Shown here piece after piece: positions 9,270 to 16,789 of a stretch of DNA of 64,000 bases. The notes under the pieces were generated by a model, which was not told the DNA's origin, did no database searches, and worked only from the letters and a program-made list of their open reading frames with translations. Position numbers and translations under genes: made by a program. The stretch covers positions 33,368-97,367 of the forward strand of contig JAFTTJ010000006.1 in the NCBI GenBank assembly GCA_017466825.1, read 5' to 3'. This DNA is from Clostridia bacterium. Lineage in GTDB: Bacteria; Bacillota; Clostridia; Christensenellales; Borkfalkiaceae. Position 1 is the first letter of the stretch, and the number at the start of each line of letters is the position of its first letter.

Positions 9270-9806
9270 ATGAGCCAAGAAACGGCAAAATGGTACGTTA
9301 TTCATACCTATTCGGGTTATGAAGCACTCGTAAAAGACTCTTTGGAAAAACTTATTGAAAACAACAACTTAAGCAACGTTATTTTAGATATTAAAATTCC
9401 TATGGAAGAAACGATTGAAGAAAAGAACGGCAAGAAAAAGGTTGTTTTAAGGAAGATTCTTCCTTGTTACGTTTTCGTTAAGATGGTATATTCAAACGAC
9501 ATGTGGTTTTTGATTACCAATTCAAGGGGTGTTACGGGTTTCGTTGGCCCGCAAGGCAAAGCAGTTCCGCTCGGTGAAGACGAAGTAAGAAAGATGCGCC
9601 TTGAAGAAAGGGTTGAGTCTTTTGATATTTGCGTTGGCGATATGGTTAAAATCATTTCGGGCGCAATGGAAGGCTACCTTGGCGCTGTTGAAGAACTCAA
9701 CGCTGAAGCCCAAAAGGCTAAGGTAAGAGTAGAGATGTTCGGCGGAAGAGAAATGAGCGTTGAAGTTGATTATATCCAACTTGAAAAACTCGTTGGCGAG
9801 AACTAA
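9270..9806 (+). CDS. nusG: transcription termination/antitermination factor NusG
   Basis: NGN start KWYVIHTYSGYE and a C-terminal KOW domain (GDMVKIISGAMEGYLG). The ATG at 9270 lies just after the secE stop. Confidence 0.9.
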   Translation: MSQETAKWYVIHTYSGYEALVKDSLEKLIENNNLSNVILDIKIPMEETIEEKNGKKKVVLRKILPCYVFVKMVYSNDMWFLITNSRGVTGFVGPQGKAVPLGEDEVRKMRLEERVESFDICVGDMVKIISGAMEGYLGAVEELNAEAQKAKVRVEMFGGREMSVEVDYIQLEKLVGEN

Positions 9807-9974
9807 TTCGCAACAAAAGCGATAATCATTATTATATAATAAATAATACCGAACTTCGCTTCGGTATTTTATCACGGTTAAAAGCAAGCAATGGCTTGGT
9901 TTTATATAAGTGGGAGGAGCGTTAAATTTATTCTATGGCGCTTTCGTTAAAACCACAATCTATGGAGGAGAAAA

Positions 9975-10400
9975 ATGGCTAAAAAAGTTACTGCAGTAGT
10001 AAAATTGCAATTAGCAGCCGGAAAAGCAACCCCAGGACCACCTGTTGGTTCAACCTTAGGACCTTACGGTATCAACATACCCGGTTTCACTAAGGAATTC
10101 AATGCAAAGACAGCAAACGACGTAGGTTTGATTATTCCCGTAGTAATCACTATTTATCAAGACCGTTCGTTCACGTTCATCCTTAAGACCCCCCCTGCTC
10201 CCGTTCTTATTAAGAAGGCATGCGGTCTTCAGTCGGCAAGCGCTAAGCCCAACAAGGAAAAAGTTGCAAAACTTACTAAAGCGCAAGTTGAAGAAATCGC
10301 TAAGCAAAAAATGCCCGACCTTAACGCAGCGTCTTTAGAAGCGGCTATGAGCATGATTAAAGGTACTGCCCGCAGTATGGGTGTTACCGTAGAAGAGTAA
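9975..10400 (+). CDS. rplK: 50S ribosomal protein L11
   Basis: Full-length L11 sequence ([25 protein letters not shown]...). Confidence 0.95.
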   Translation: MAKKVTAVVKLQLAAGKATPGPPVGSTLGPYGINIPGFTKEFNAKTANDVGLIIPVVITIYQDRSFTFILKTPPAPVLIKKACGLQSASAKPNKEKVAKLTKAQVEEIAKQKMPDLNAASLEAAMSMIKGTARSMGVTVEE

Positions 10401-10455
10401 AATAGACGTGGGAGAGATTTATTCTCGCATGAACCACAAGGAGGACTTTTAAATA

Positions 10456-11145
10456 ATGAAACACGGAAAGAAATACGTCGACAGTGTAAAGACTTTCGAC
10501 CATACTAAACAATATGAAGTAGGCGAAGCGCTTGATATAGTTATAGCAAACGCAAAGGCAAAATTTGACGAGACCGTTGAGTTCCATTGCAGACTCGGCG
10601 TTGACCCCAAGCAAGCAGACCAACAAGTTAGAGGCGTTATCGTCCTTCCTAACGGTACCGGTAGAAGCGTAAAAGTTTTAGTACTTGCAAAGGGCGAAAA
10701 GGCAGACGCTGCTCAAGCAGCAGGCGCAGATTACGTTGGCGCAGAAGAACTCGTTGCTAAGATCCAAAAGGAAAACTGGTTCGATTTCGACGCAGTTATC
10801 ACCACCCCCGATATGATGGGTGTCGTTGGTAGAATTGGTAAACTCTTAGGTCCTAAAGGCCTTATGCCTAACCCCAAGTCGGGTACCGTTACTAACGACG
10901 TAGCAAAGGCTATTGCCGATATTAAAGCAGGTAAAGTTGAATACAGACTTGACAAACAAGCAATTATTCACTGTGCAATCGGTAAAAAGAGTTTCGGCAG
11001 AGAAAAACTTGCTGAAAACTACAACGCTTTAATCGACGCAATCATCAAAGCAAAGCCGGCAGCAGCAAAAGGTCAATACGTCAAAGGTATCTCTATCACC
11101 AGCACTATGGGCCCCGGTGTAAAAGTTTTACCTAAAAACGCTTAA
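10456..11145 (+). CDS. rplA: 50S ribosomal protein L1
   Basis: Full-length L1 sequence (...[24 protein letters not shown]...). Confidence 0.95.
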   Translation: MKHGKKYVDSVKTFDHTKQYEVGEALDIVIANAKAKFDETVEFHCRLGVDPKQADQQVRGVIVLPNGTGRSVKVLVLAKGEKADAAQAAGADYVGAEELVAKIQKENWFDFDAVITTPDMMGVVGRIGKLLGPKGLMPNPKSGTVTNDVAKAIADIKAGKVEYRLDKQAIIHCAIGKKSFGREKLAENYNALIDAIIKAKPAAAKGQYVKGISITSTMGPGVKVLPKNA

Positions 11146-11151
11146 TTTCGT

Positions 11152-11180
11152 TTGACAAAGTACCGTATCGGTGCTATAAT
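11152..11180 (+). promoter_or_regulatory. consensus sigma-A promoter for rplJL (TTGACA-17-TGcTATAAT)
   Basis: -35 at 11152-11157, 17-nt spacer, extended -10 at 11172-11180. Confidence 0.65.
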
Positions 11181-11334
11181 ACAATAGTTCAATAACCGAA
11201 GACAGCAGGTTTTAAAGCATTACGCTACCCGCCGAGGTACTTTTAAGACGCATTTTAGCATGCTAATTATGCCCTTGATTGCCTTGCGCGGTCAAGGGCT
11301 GTTTTCATCTAAAAAAATAACGGAGGTAAATAAG
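11181..11334 (+). promoter_or_regulatory. ribosomal protein L10 leader-like 5' UTR with terminator-like hairpin
   Basis: About 150-nt untranslated leader between the promoter and the rplJ start. It ends in the hairpin GCCCTTGA...TCAAGGGC followed by TGTTTT, the position and form expected for the Firmicute L10(L12)4 autoregulatory attenuator. Confidence 0.55.
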
Positions 11335-11826
11335 TTGTCAGCAAATCTTGAGGCAAAAAAGCAAATTGTTGAAGACATCGTTGCTAAGATTAAGGCAAGT
11401 AAGTCAATCATTTTAATTGACTACAAAGGCTTAACCGTAGCAGAAGATACCGAATTCCGTTGCAACATGAGAAAGTCGAATACCGAATACAGGGTTTTGA
11501 AAAACACCTTGCTTAAAAGGGCATTCAACGAACTCGGCATTACTGATTTTGACGCAGACCTTAACGGAGCAACTTCCGTAGCATTCGGTTCTGATGAAAC
11601 CGCAGCCGCAAAAGTTGCTTGCGATATGTGCAAAAGCACTAACGATAAGATTTCTGTAAAAAGCGGTTACGTCGATGGCGCTTATGTTGACGCTAACGGA
11701 GTAAAAGCACTCGCATCGATTCCTTCAAAGGAAGTTCTCGTTGCAAAACTCGCTGGTGCATTATCCAGCATTATCGGCGGCTTAGCTATTGCTCTTAACG
11801 CAGTCGCAGAACAAAAAAACGCATAA
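11335..11826 (+). CDS. rplJ: 50S ribosomal protein L10
   Basis: L10 sequence begins at the TTG at 11335, 8 nt after GGAGG. The track ORF start at 11260 runs through the leader hairpin and was rejected. Confidence 0.85.
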   Translation: MSANLEAKKQIVEDIVAKIKASKSIILIDYKGLTVAEDTEFRCNMRKSNTEYRVLKNTLLKRAFNELGITDFDADLNGATSVAFGSDETAAAKVACDMCKSTNDKISVKSGYVDGAYVDANGVKALASIPSKEVLVAKLAGALSSIIGGLAIALNAVAEQKNA

Positions 11827-11862
11827 TTAGAGCAAAAAATAATTAAAAGAGAGGATATTAAA

Positions 11863-12234
11863 ATGGCTGATATCGCAAAGTTTATTGAAGAAATCAAAGG
11901 TATGACTGTTATGGAACTTAACAGTTTAGTTAAAGCAATCGAAGAAGAATTCGGCGTAAGCGCTGCTGCTGTAGTTGCTGGCCCTGCTGCTGGCGCTGCT
12001 GAAGCTGCTCCCGCTGTAGAAGAAAAGACTGAATTCAACGTTGTTCTTAAAGAAATCGGCGCTGAAAAGGTTAAAGTTATTAAAGCAGTTAAGGACATCA
12101 CCGGCGCAGGCCTTATCGAAGCAAAAGGCTTGGTTGAAAAGTGTGGCGTTATTAAAGAAAACGTACCCAAGGAAGAAGCTGAAAAGATGGTTGAAACCCT
12201 TAAAGCTGCAGGCGCAACCGCTGTTTTGGAATAA
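11863..12234 (+). CDS. rplL: 50S ribosomal protein L7/L12
   Basis: Full-length L7/L12 with an Ala-rich hinge and the C-terminal domain [22 protein letters not shown]. Confidence 0.95.
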   Translation: MADIAKFIEEIKGMTVMELNSLVKAIEEEFGVSAAAVVAGPAAGAAEAAPAVEEKTEFNVVLKEIGAEKVKVIKAVKDITGAGLIEAKGLVEKCGVIKENVPKEEAEKMVETLKAAGATAVLE

Positions 12235-12250
12235 GATAAATTTCAACTTT

Positions 12251-12280
12251 AAAGAGCACTCGTTTGAGTGCTCTTTTTTG
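12251..12280 (+). terminator. rho-independent terminator after rplL
   Basis: Stem AAAGAGCACTC / GAGTGCTCTTT followed by a T run. Confidence 0.8.
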
Positions 12281-12433
12281 TTGGTGAAAATAATTGCCGT
12301 TGCTATCGCTGCTCCCTTTTAGTAAAAACATAAAGGGCGGAGTTTAGCCCCGCCCTTAAAAAAGTTTATTTAAATAAAATTTTATCGCGACAAAAGTCGC
12401 TCAAACGTGATAGTTAAAAAGCCCTTTATTTGA

Positions 12434-12640
12434 TTATTTGCCAAATAATTCGGTTGCAGAAACTTCAAAGATTTCAATAATTTTATAAATATCGCTTATA
12501 TTTGGTTCTCTTCGACCTTGTTCCCAGTTTGCATACGTGCTAACGGGAATTTTTAATAGTAAAGCAACTTGTTTTTGAGATAGATTTTTATCAATGCGCA
12601 GTTCTTTAAGATTGTCGCAAAAGCGTAGTTTATTTTCCAT
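12434..12640 (-). CDS. small XRE/Cro-CI family HTH transcriptional regulator (68 aa)
   Basis: HTH_3 signature LSQKQVALLLKIPVSTYANWEQGRREP. Confidence 0.8.
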   Translation of the reverse strand: MENKLRFCDNLKELRIDKNLSQKQVALLLKIPVSTYANWEQGRREPNISDIYKIIEIFEVSATELFGK

Positions 12641-12674
12641 TTTTTTGCCCCCTACTTTATAATAATACCATAAA

Positions 12675-12716
12675 GTAGTCGAAATGACTTGACAATAGTC
12701 AAAATGACCACTATAA
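12675..12716 (+). promoter_or_regulatory. perfect sigma-A promoter (TTGACA-17-TATAAT) flanked by two direct 13-bp repeats (candidate operators)
   Basis: -35 at 12688-12693 and -10 at 12711-12716. TAGTCGAAATGAC (12675-12687) and TAGTCAAAATGAC (12695-12707) bracket the -35. The XRE gene diverges from this region. Confidence 0.5.
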
Positions 12717-12745
12717 TATTATTATCAAACAAGGTGGTGGTAATA

Positions 12746-13033
12746 ATGAATAAAATGTCAGCGATAGAAGAACTTTTCTTTAATAACTGTGGTATAGACG
12801 AAAGTTTAAAGGGTAAAAAAGCCGAATATTTGACAAGCCTAGATAAGGTCATTGAAAGGGAAGAGAACTTACTTGAAAAGTTAAGGAAAACACCTGCTAT
12901 TTTTGATTTATATCAAAATTTTCAGATCGAGCAAAGTAAACTACAAGAAGAAGAAAGAAAAAGTTTGTATGAGCAAGCCTTTAAATTTGGGATAATTTTA
13001 GGTCTTGAAATTGCGGGCTTTTGGTGTAAATAG
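12746..13033 (+). CDS. small hypothetical helical protein (95 aa)
   Basis: The ATG at 12746 follows AAGGTGGTGG. Divergent from the XRE regulator. No motif recognised. Confidence 0.4.
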   Translation: MNKMSAIEELFFNNCGIDESLKGKKAEYLTSLDKVIEREENLLEKLRKTPAIFDLYQNFQIEQSKLQEEERKSLYEQAFKFGIILGLEIAGFWCK

Positions 13034-13044
13034 GTTTTTGCTTA

Positions 13045-13149
13045 AATTTTGTTAACGCCCCGAAAAATTCGGGGCGCGTTTTTATGCTAAAAAACGATTA
13101 TTCGTAAAATAACTCTTTAATAAAAAGCAAAAATATCTTTTTGTAAAGA
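13045..13149 (+). repeat. copy 1 of a ~105-bp direct repeat containing a terminator hairpin
   Basis: Near-identical, with a few substitutions and one indel, to 13875-13980. Includes GCGCCCCGAAAAATTCGGGGCGC followed by a T run. Confidence 0.85.
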
Positions 13150-13342
13150 CTAAAACGCTCCTAAAAACAGGCAAAAATAAGCAAAATTCCGCAAAAAACG
13201 CTTATTTTTGTCGATTGACTTGTGTAAATTGTGAAAAATTTTAGTAAAGTATTGACAAGCGCAGTATTATATTGTATTATTTTACCATCCAAACCAACCA
13301 AGTTTGGAAAGGGATAGATTATTCAAAATAAAGGAGAGTAAA

Positions 13343-13867
13343 ATGGAAAACAAAACTAAAATGAAAGAAAAAACTATAAAGATTCATAGCACGGGATATA
13401 AAATAATGCTTGTGATGCTATTAGTATTTTATCTAATTAGTTGTCCGATTTTTTGTATGTTGCCGGACGATTTGTTTTTGCCTACTAAAGTCATAGTATT
13501 TTTAATAGAAACGGCAGGCGTTATTTTTATGTTATTATTTACCGTTTTTGAGCCTGCAAGCAAAGGGCAAATGTTGTTTGCTAGCGAAGAGAATCCAACT
13601 AAGATCCCCATAAAAAGGACTTTAATATTTATACTTTTAACGTCGCTAATTTTTGGGTTTGGGTATACTTATTTATCAACTTTGATGCTAATTTTATTTG
13701 GGGATAAATCGGTTTTTGTAAAATTGGATGTAGTATTACTTTTAAGAATATTCTTCGCTCTTTTTTTAGTGGTGTCGTCATTTATAATTATGTTGACTAC
13801 CTTTATAATTTCATGGACTGTTGCAAAGAAAAAACAACGCAATGAAGAAGTTGCGCAAGACGAATAA
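13343..13867 (+). CDS. hypothetical polytopic membrane protein (174 aa)
   Basis: The ATG at 13343 follows AAAGGAGAG. About four hydrophobic segments. No motif recognised. Confidence 0.5.
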   Translation: MENKTKMKEKTIKIHSTGYKIMLVMLLVFYLISCPIFCMLPDDLFLPTKVIVFLIETAGVIFMLLFTVFEPASKGQMLFASEENPTKIPIKRTLIFILLTSLIFGFGYTYLSTLMLILFGDKSVFVKLDVVLLLRIFFALFLVVSSFIIMLTTFIISWTVAKKKQRNEEVAQDE

Positions 13868-13874
13868 TAATAAA

Positions 13875-13980
13875 AATTTTGTTAGCGCCCCGAAAAATTC
13901 GGGGCGCGTTTTTATGCTAAAAAAAGATTATTCGCAAAATAACTACTTTAATAAAAAGCAAAAATATCTTTTTGTAAAGA
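13875..13980 (+). repeat. copy 2 of the ~105-bp direct repeat containing a terminator hairpin
   Basis: See 13045-13149. Confidence 0.85.
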
Positions 13981-14073
13981 GAGAAATAATCATTAAAAAA
14001 AGAACAAAATTACAAAAAATTAGGCAAAAACGCCCTAAATTTAACTTTTTTAAAGGGTTTTTTTGTTTTTATA

Positions 14074-14102
14074 TTGACTAAATCGATTTTATTATATATA
14101 AT
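14074..14102 (+). promoter_or_regulatory. sigma-A type promoter (TTGACT-17-TATAAT) upstream of the SPFH/ESCRT-III-like operon
   Basis: -35 at 14074-14079 and -10 at 14097-14102, about 80 nt upstream of the ATG at 14183. Confidence 0.55.
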
Positions 14103-14182
14103 ATATATAATAATCGCCAAAAGTCGACTTATTTCGGTTGTATTATAAGCGATTAAAAAAATATTTTATAGTGGAGGGTTTT

Positions 14183-15217
14183 ATGGGACTTTTTGGACTT
14201 TTTTCCGGTAAACCACAAGTAATTAAATTTGAACAAAATCTTTGTAATGCAAACGTAAACGACAACAGCGTTTTATTCGTAAGGGTAAACGACCTTGTTA
14301 AGAGTAAAGACGCAATGCTTGAAGTTCCTTTCACGCACAACGCTTTTCTTATTAAAGGCGGTGGTGACTGCCGTTTTTATAAGAGCGGTACTTACGACGT
14401 ATTCGACGACAAAAAGGAAATCAAGGCTTGGAAACAAGGTATTTCAGTAGAAGTAGTATATATTCCTAAGGAAACGTCCGTACTTATTCGTTGGGGCACT
14501 AGCGAAAAGGTTACTTACCGTGATCCTAAGTCTGCAAAAGTAGTACAAGTAGGCGCGCGCGGTCAATTTGGCGTAAGCATTTCTAACCCCGAACAATTTT
14601 TAAGAAAAGTAGTCGGCGCAAGAAAGGAATTTGACCTTCGTGATTTCAGCAACCGTTTCTCGGCGGCTGTTGTTGACGAATTTGCAGACGTATTTTTACA
14701 CGTAGTTACTGCAAACGATATTTCTTACGACTTATTCGACGCTAACAGAAAGAGAATTGCATCTTTAGCAGGCGCAGCGCTTAGCGAAAAGTTTGATAAA
14801 GACTGGGGTATTTCTCTCGTTGACTTCATCATTGAAAGTTTCAATATGGCCGAAGGCGACAAAGAAAAAGTCGAAGCGATTTTGGAAGAAAGAATCAACG
14901 AAGATAAGATTAAAAAGCATCTTGAAGAACTTGAAAGACTCGACGACAAGCAATGGGAAAGAGATAAGTATCTTCTTGGTCTTCAACAAAGCGACAGAGA
15001 AGCGTATTACGAAGTTATCAAGGCAATCGGCAAAAAGGACGACGCTAGAAAGGGCGGAAATTTCTGTCCTAAGTGCGGACATAGCGTAGAATCTACTCAG
15101 GCTTTCTGCCCCCATTGTGGCAACAGAATGGGTCAAGTAGAAGTTGCTTGCCCCAAGTGTGGTAAAATCAACAAGGGCGACGCAAAATTCTGCGGTGGTT
15201 GCGGAAATAAACTTTAA
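14183..15217 (+). CDS. SPFH-superfamily protein of the YdjI type (COG4260-like) with C-terminal double zinc ribbon
   Basis: From memory, the body aligns with B. subtilis YdjI-type SPFH proteins (VLIRWGT..., GARGQFGVSISNPEQF, ISLVDFIIESFNM). The C-terminus has two CPxCG...CxxCG ribbons. The ATG at 14183 follows GGAGGG. Confidence 0.7.
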   Translation: MGLFGLFSGKPQVIKFEQNLCNANVNDNSVLFVRVNDLVKSKDAMLEVPFTHNAFLIKGGGDCRFYKSGTYDVFDDKKEIKAWKQGISVEVVYIPKETSVLIRWGTSEKVTYRDPKSAKVVQVGARGQFGVSISNPEQFLRKVVGARKEFDLRDFSNRFSAAVVDEFADVFLHVVTANDISYDLFDANRKRIASLAGAALSEKFDKDWGISLVDFIIESFNMAEGDKEKVEAILEERINEDKIKKHLEELERLDDKQWERDKYLLGLQQSDREAYYEVIKAIGKKDDARKGGNFCPKCGHSVESTQAFCPHCGNRMGQVEVACPKCGKINKGDAKFCGGCGNKL

Positions 15218-15235
15218 TTTAAAGGGGGAATAAAT

Positions 15236-15568
15236 ATGTTCTTTTTTAAGAAAAAAACTAATGCGGAAAAAAACAAAAACGATAGAGATATGATCGAAGC
15301 CAACAGCAAAATGATGGAAGCGCTTATCGTTTTGACTGATAACGCCGACTTAAAGGCTGAATTTAAGGCTATTGAAGAGCAAATTAAGTACATAATTCCG
15401 CTCGTAGACGACAAAGCGGCTGAAATGGACAAAAAGATTAAAAACGCTATCAGCGACATTAAAATCGAACTCGTTAAAGACAGAGCGGACGACAAGGCGA
15501 CTGCAAAACTCAACGGACTTGTAAAAGACCTTAAAGTTTTAATCGCTGAAAGAAAGGCTCTCGTATAA
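15236..15568 (+). CDS. small coiled-coil protein (110 aa), unknown family
   Basis: Entirely helical and charged in composition. Lies 18 nt after the SPFH gene and 10 nt before the next gene. Confidence 0.45.
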   Translation: MFFFKKKTNAEKNKNDRDMIEANSKMMEALIVLTDNADLKAEFKAIEEQIKYIIPLVDDKAAEMDKKIKNAISDIKIELVKDRADDKATAKLNGLVKDLKVLIAERKALV

Positions 15569-15578
15569 GGAGAACAAA

Positions 15579-16202
15579 ATGGGTTTTTTCAGTAAAATTA
15601 TCGAATTTTTCACGGGTGGCAATAAGTTTAACAAACTCACCAGAGAAGAAGTAGTTGACTCTATTTGCTCTCTTGAAAAAGAACTCGACAATATCGAAAA
15701 GAGTATAGAAGACACCCAGCCGAGAATCGACGCTATTATGGCAAAAGGAAAGGCGACCAAAGAGCAACAAATGCGCCTTTTCTACGCTAAAAAAATCAAC
15801 TCGATTAGGGCTGAGCGTACGGCGAATATCCAAAGGGCAACCTATCTTGCCTACAATATTCAACTTCTTGAAAAACTTAAAAAGGCAATCGACGATAAGA
15901 CCTTCTTCGGCTCGAAGAGTAAGCAATCTTTAAACCAACTTTTGTCAGACCAAAAGGCTCTTGCGGTATTTTTAAACGACGCTTTAGACACTAGAATTAC
16001 GGCTGAACAAGTGCTTACCGACGCGGACGAAGTGTTTAAGGAAGTTGAAGAATCTTACGTTGAAAACGATACTATTTACGGCATTAAAGATCAAGACAAC
16101 GAACTTATGGCTATGTTTGAAACCGAAGAGATGGTAAACGATACCGCTCCGCTTGCAAGCCAACCTGCCGACACACCTAAAAACGGAAATTTAGAAGGTT
16201 AA
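15579..16202 (+). CDS. ESCRT-III superfamily (PspA/Snf7-like) protein, 207 aa
   Basis: MGFFSKI N-terminus like PspA and CHMP proteins, a long helical-hairpin-type heptad region, and a strongly acidic C-terminal third with a Pro-containing tail. Assigned by eye only. Confidence 0.5.
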   Translation: MGFFSKIIEFFTGGNKFNKLTREEVVDSICSLEKELDNIEKSIEDTQPRIDAIMAKGKATKEQQMRLFYAKKINSIRAERTANIQRATYLAYNIQLLEKLKKAIDDKTFFGSKSKQSLNQLLSDQKALAVFLNDALDTRITAEQVLTDADEVFKEVEESYVENDTIYGIKDQDNELMAMFETEEMVNDTAPLASQPADTPKNGNLEG

Positions 16203-16206
16203 GAAA

Positions 16207-16779
16207 ATGGGAATTTCAAAAAAAGAAATAGAAAAGAAGATGCTTATTAAAAAGACTATCAACTCTATGAATAAGCAAATTCAAAAGTTAGAAGAACAAA
16301 AGCAAGTCTATATCCAAGCGGGAAGAGAAGCGAAGGCTAAAGGTCTTTCGGCTCAATACAACTTAGCGCTCAGCGGTCTTAGAATGACTATCGCTCAACA
16401 AAAGAGAGTTTACGAAATGAAACTCAATTTTGAAATCACTTCGCAAATGAAAGATATGACGATGATGACTTCGGAATTTTTGAAGGGCATGGGCGTTTTG
16501 AGCAAGGATATGATGAAACTTTCAAAGGAAAAAGATTTCTACACAGTTCAAAAGCAATTTGAAGAAGCAATGATGGGCGCGGAAATGCAAACCGAACAAC
16601 TCGAAACGTTTATGGACTCTACTCAAAGCGCGTTTGAATCTAACACGCCTATGAGTTTAGAAGACAACAAAGAACTCGACGCTATTATGGGCGTTTCGCT
16701 TACCGACGGCTTAAACGACGATTTAGGCTCTTCGATTGAAAAGGAATTAGAAGCCCTTAAAAAACTCTCTAATCTTTAA
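16207..16779 (+). CDS. ESCRT-III/Snf7 (CHMP/Vps2-Vps24-like) protein with MIM1-like C-terminal helix, 190 aa
   Basis: Basic N-terminal half and acidic C-terminal half. The core aligns by eye with CHMP3-type sequences (REAKAKGLSAQYNLALSGLRMTIAQQKRVYEMK ... FLKGMGVLSKDMMKL). The tail SSIEKELEALKKLSNL fits the MIM1 pattern. Confidence 0.6.
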   Translation: MGISKKEIEKKMLIKKTINSMNKQIQKLEEQKQVYIQAGREAKAKGLSAQYNLALSGLRMTIAQQKRVYEMKLNFEITSQMKDMTMMTSEFLKGMGVLSKDMMKLSKEKDFYTVQKQFEEAMMGAEMQTEQLETFMDSTQSAFESNTPMSLEDNKELDAIMGVSLTDGLNDDLGSSIEKELEALKKLSNL

Positions 16780-16789
16780 TAGGTGATTT

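Noticed and set aside
11682-12322. Track ORFs 11682-12170 (-), 11926-12246 (-) and 12041-12322 (+)
   Set aside because: They are antisense or out of frame with rplJ and rplL. Their Ala/Ser-rich translations mirror the Ala-rich hinge of L7/L12.
14725-15926. Several minus-strand ORFs inside the SPFH/ESCRT-III-like operon (14725-14949, 14765-15136, 15214-15513, 15531-15926, 15539-15760)
   Set aside because: Their Ser/Leu/Phe-rich translations are typical of the antisense frame of Lys/Glu-rich coiled-coil genes. The sense-strand genes have RBSs and tight operon spacing.
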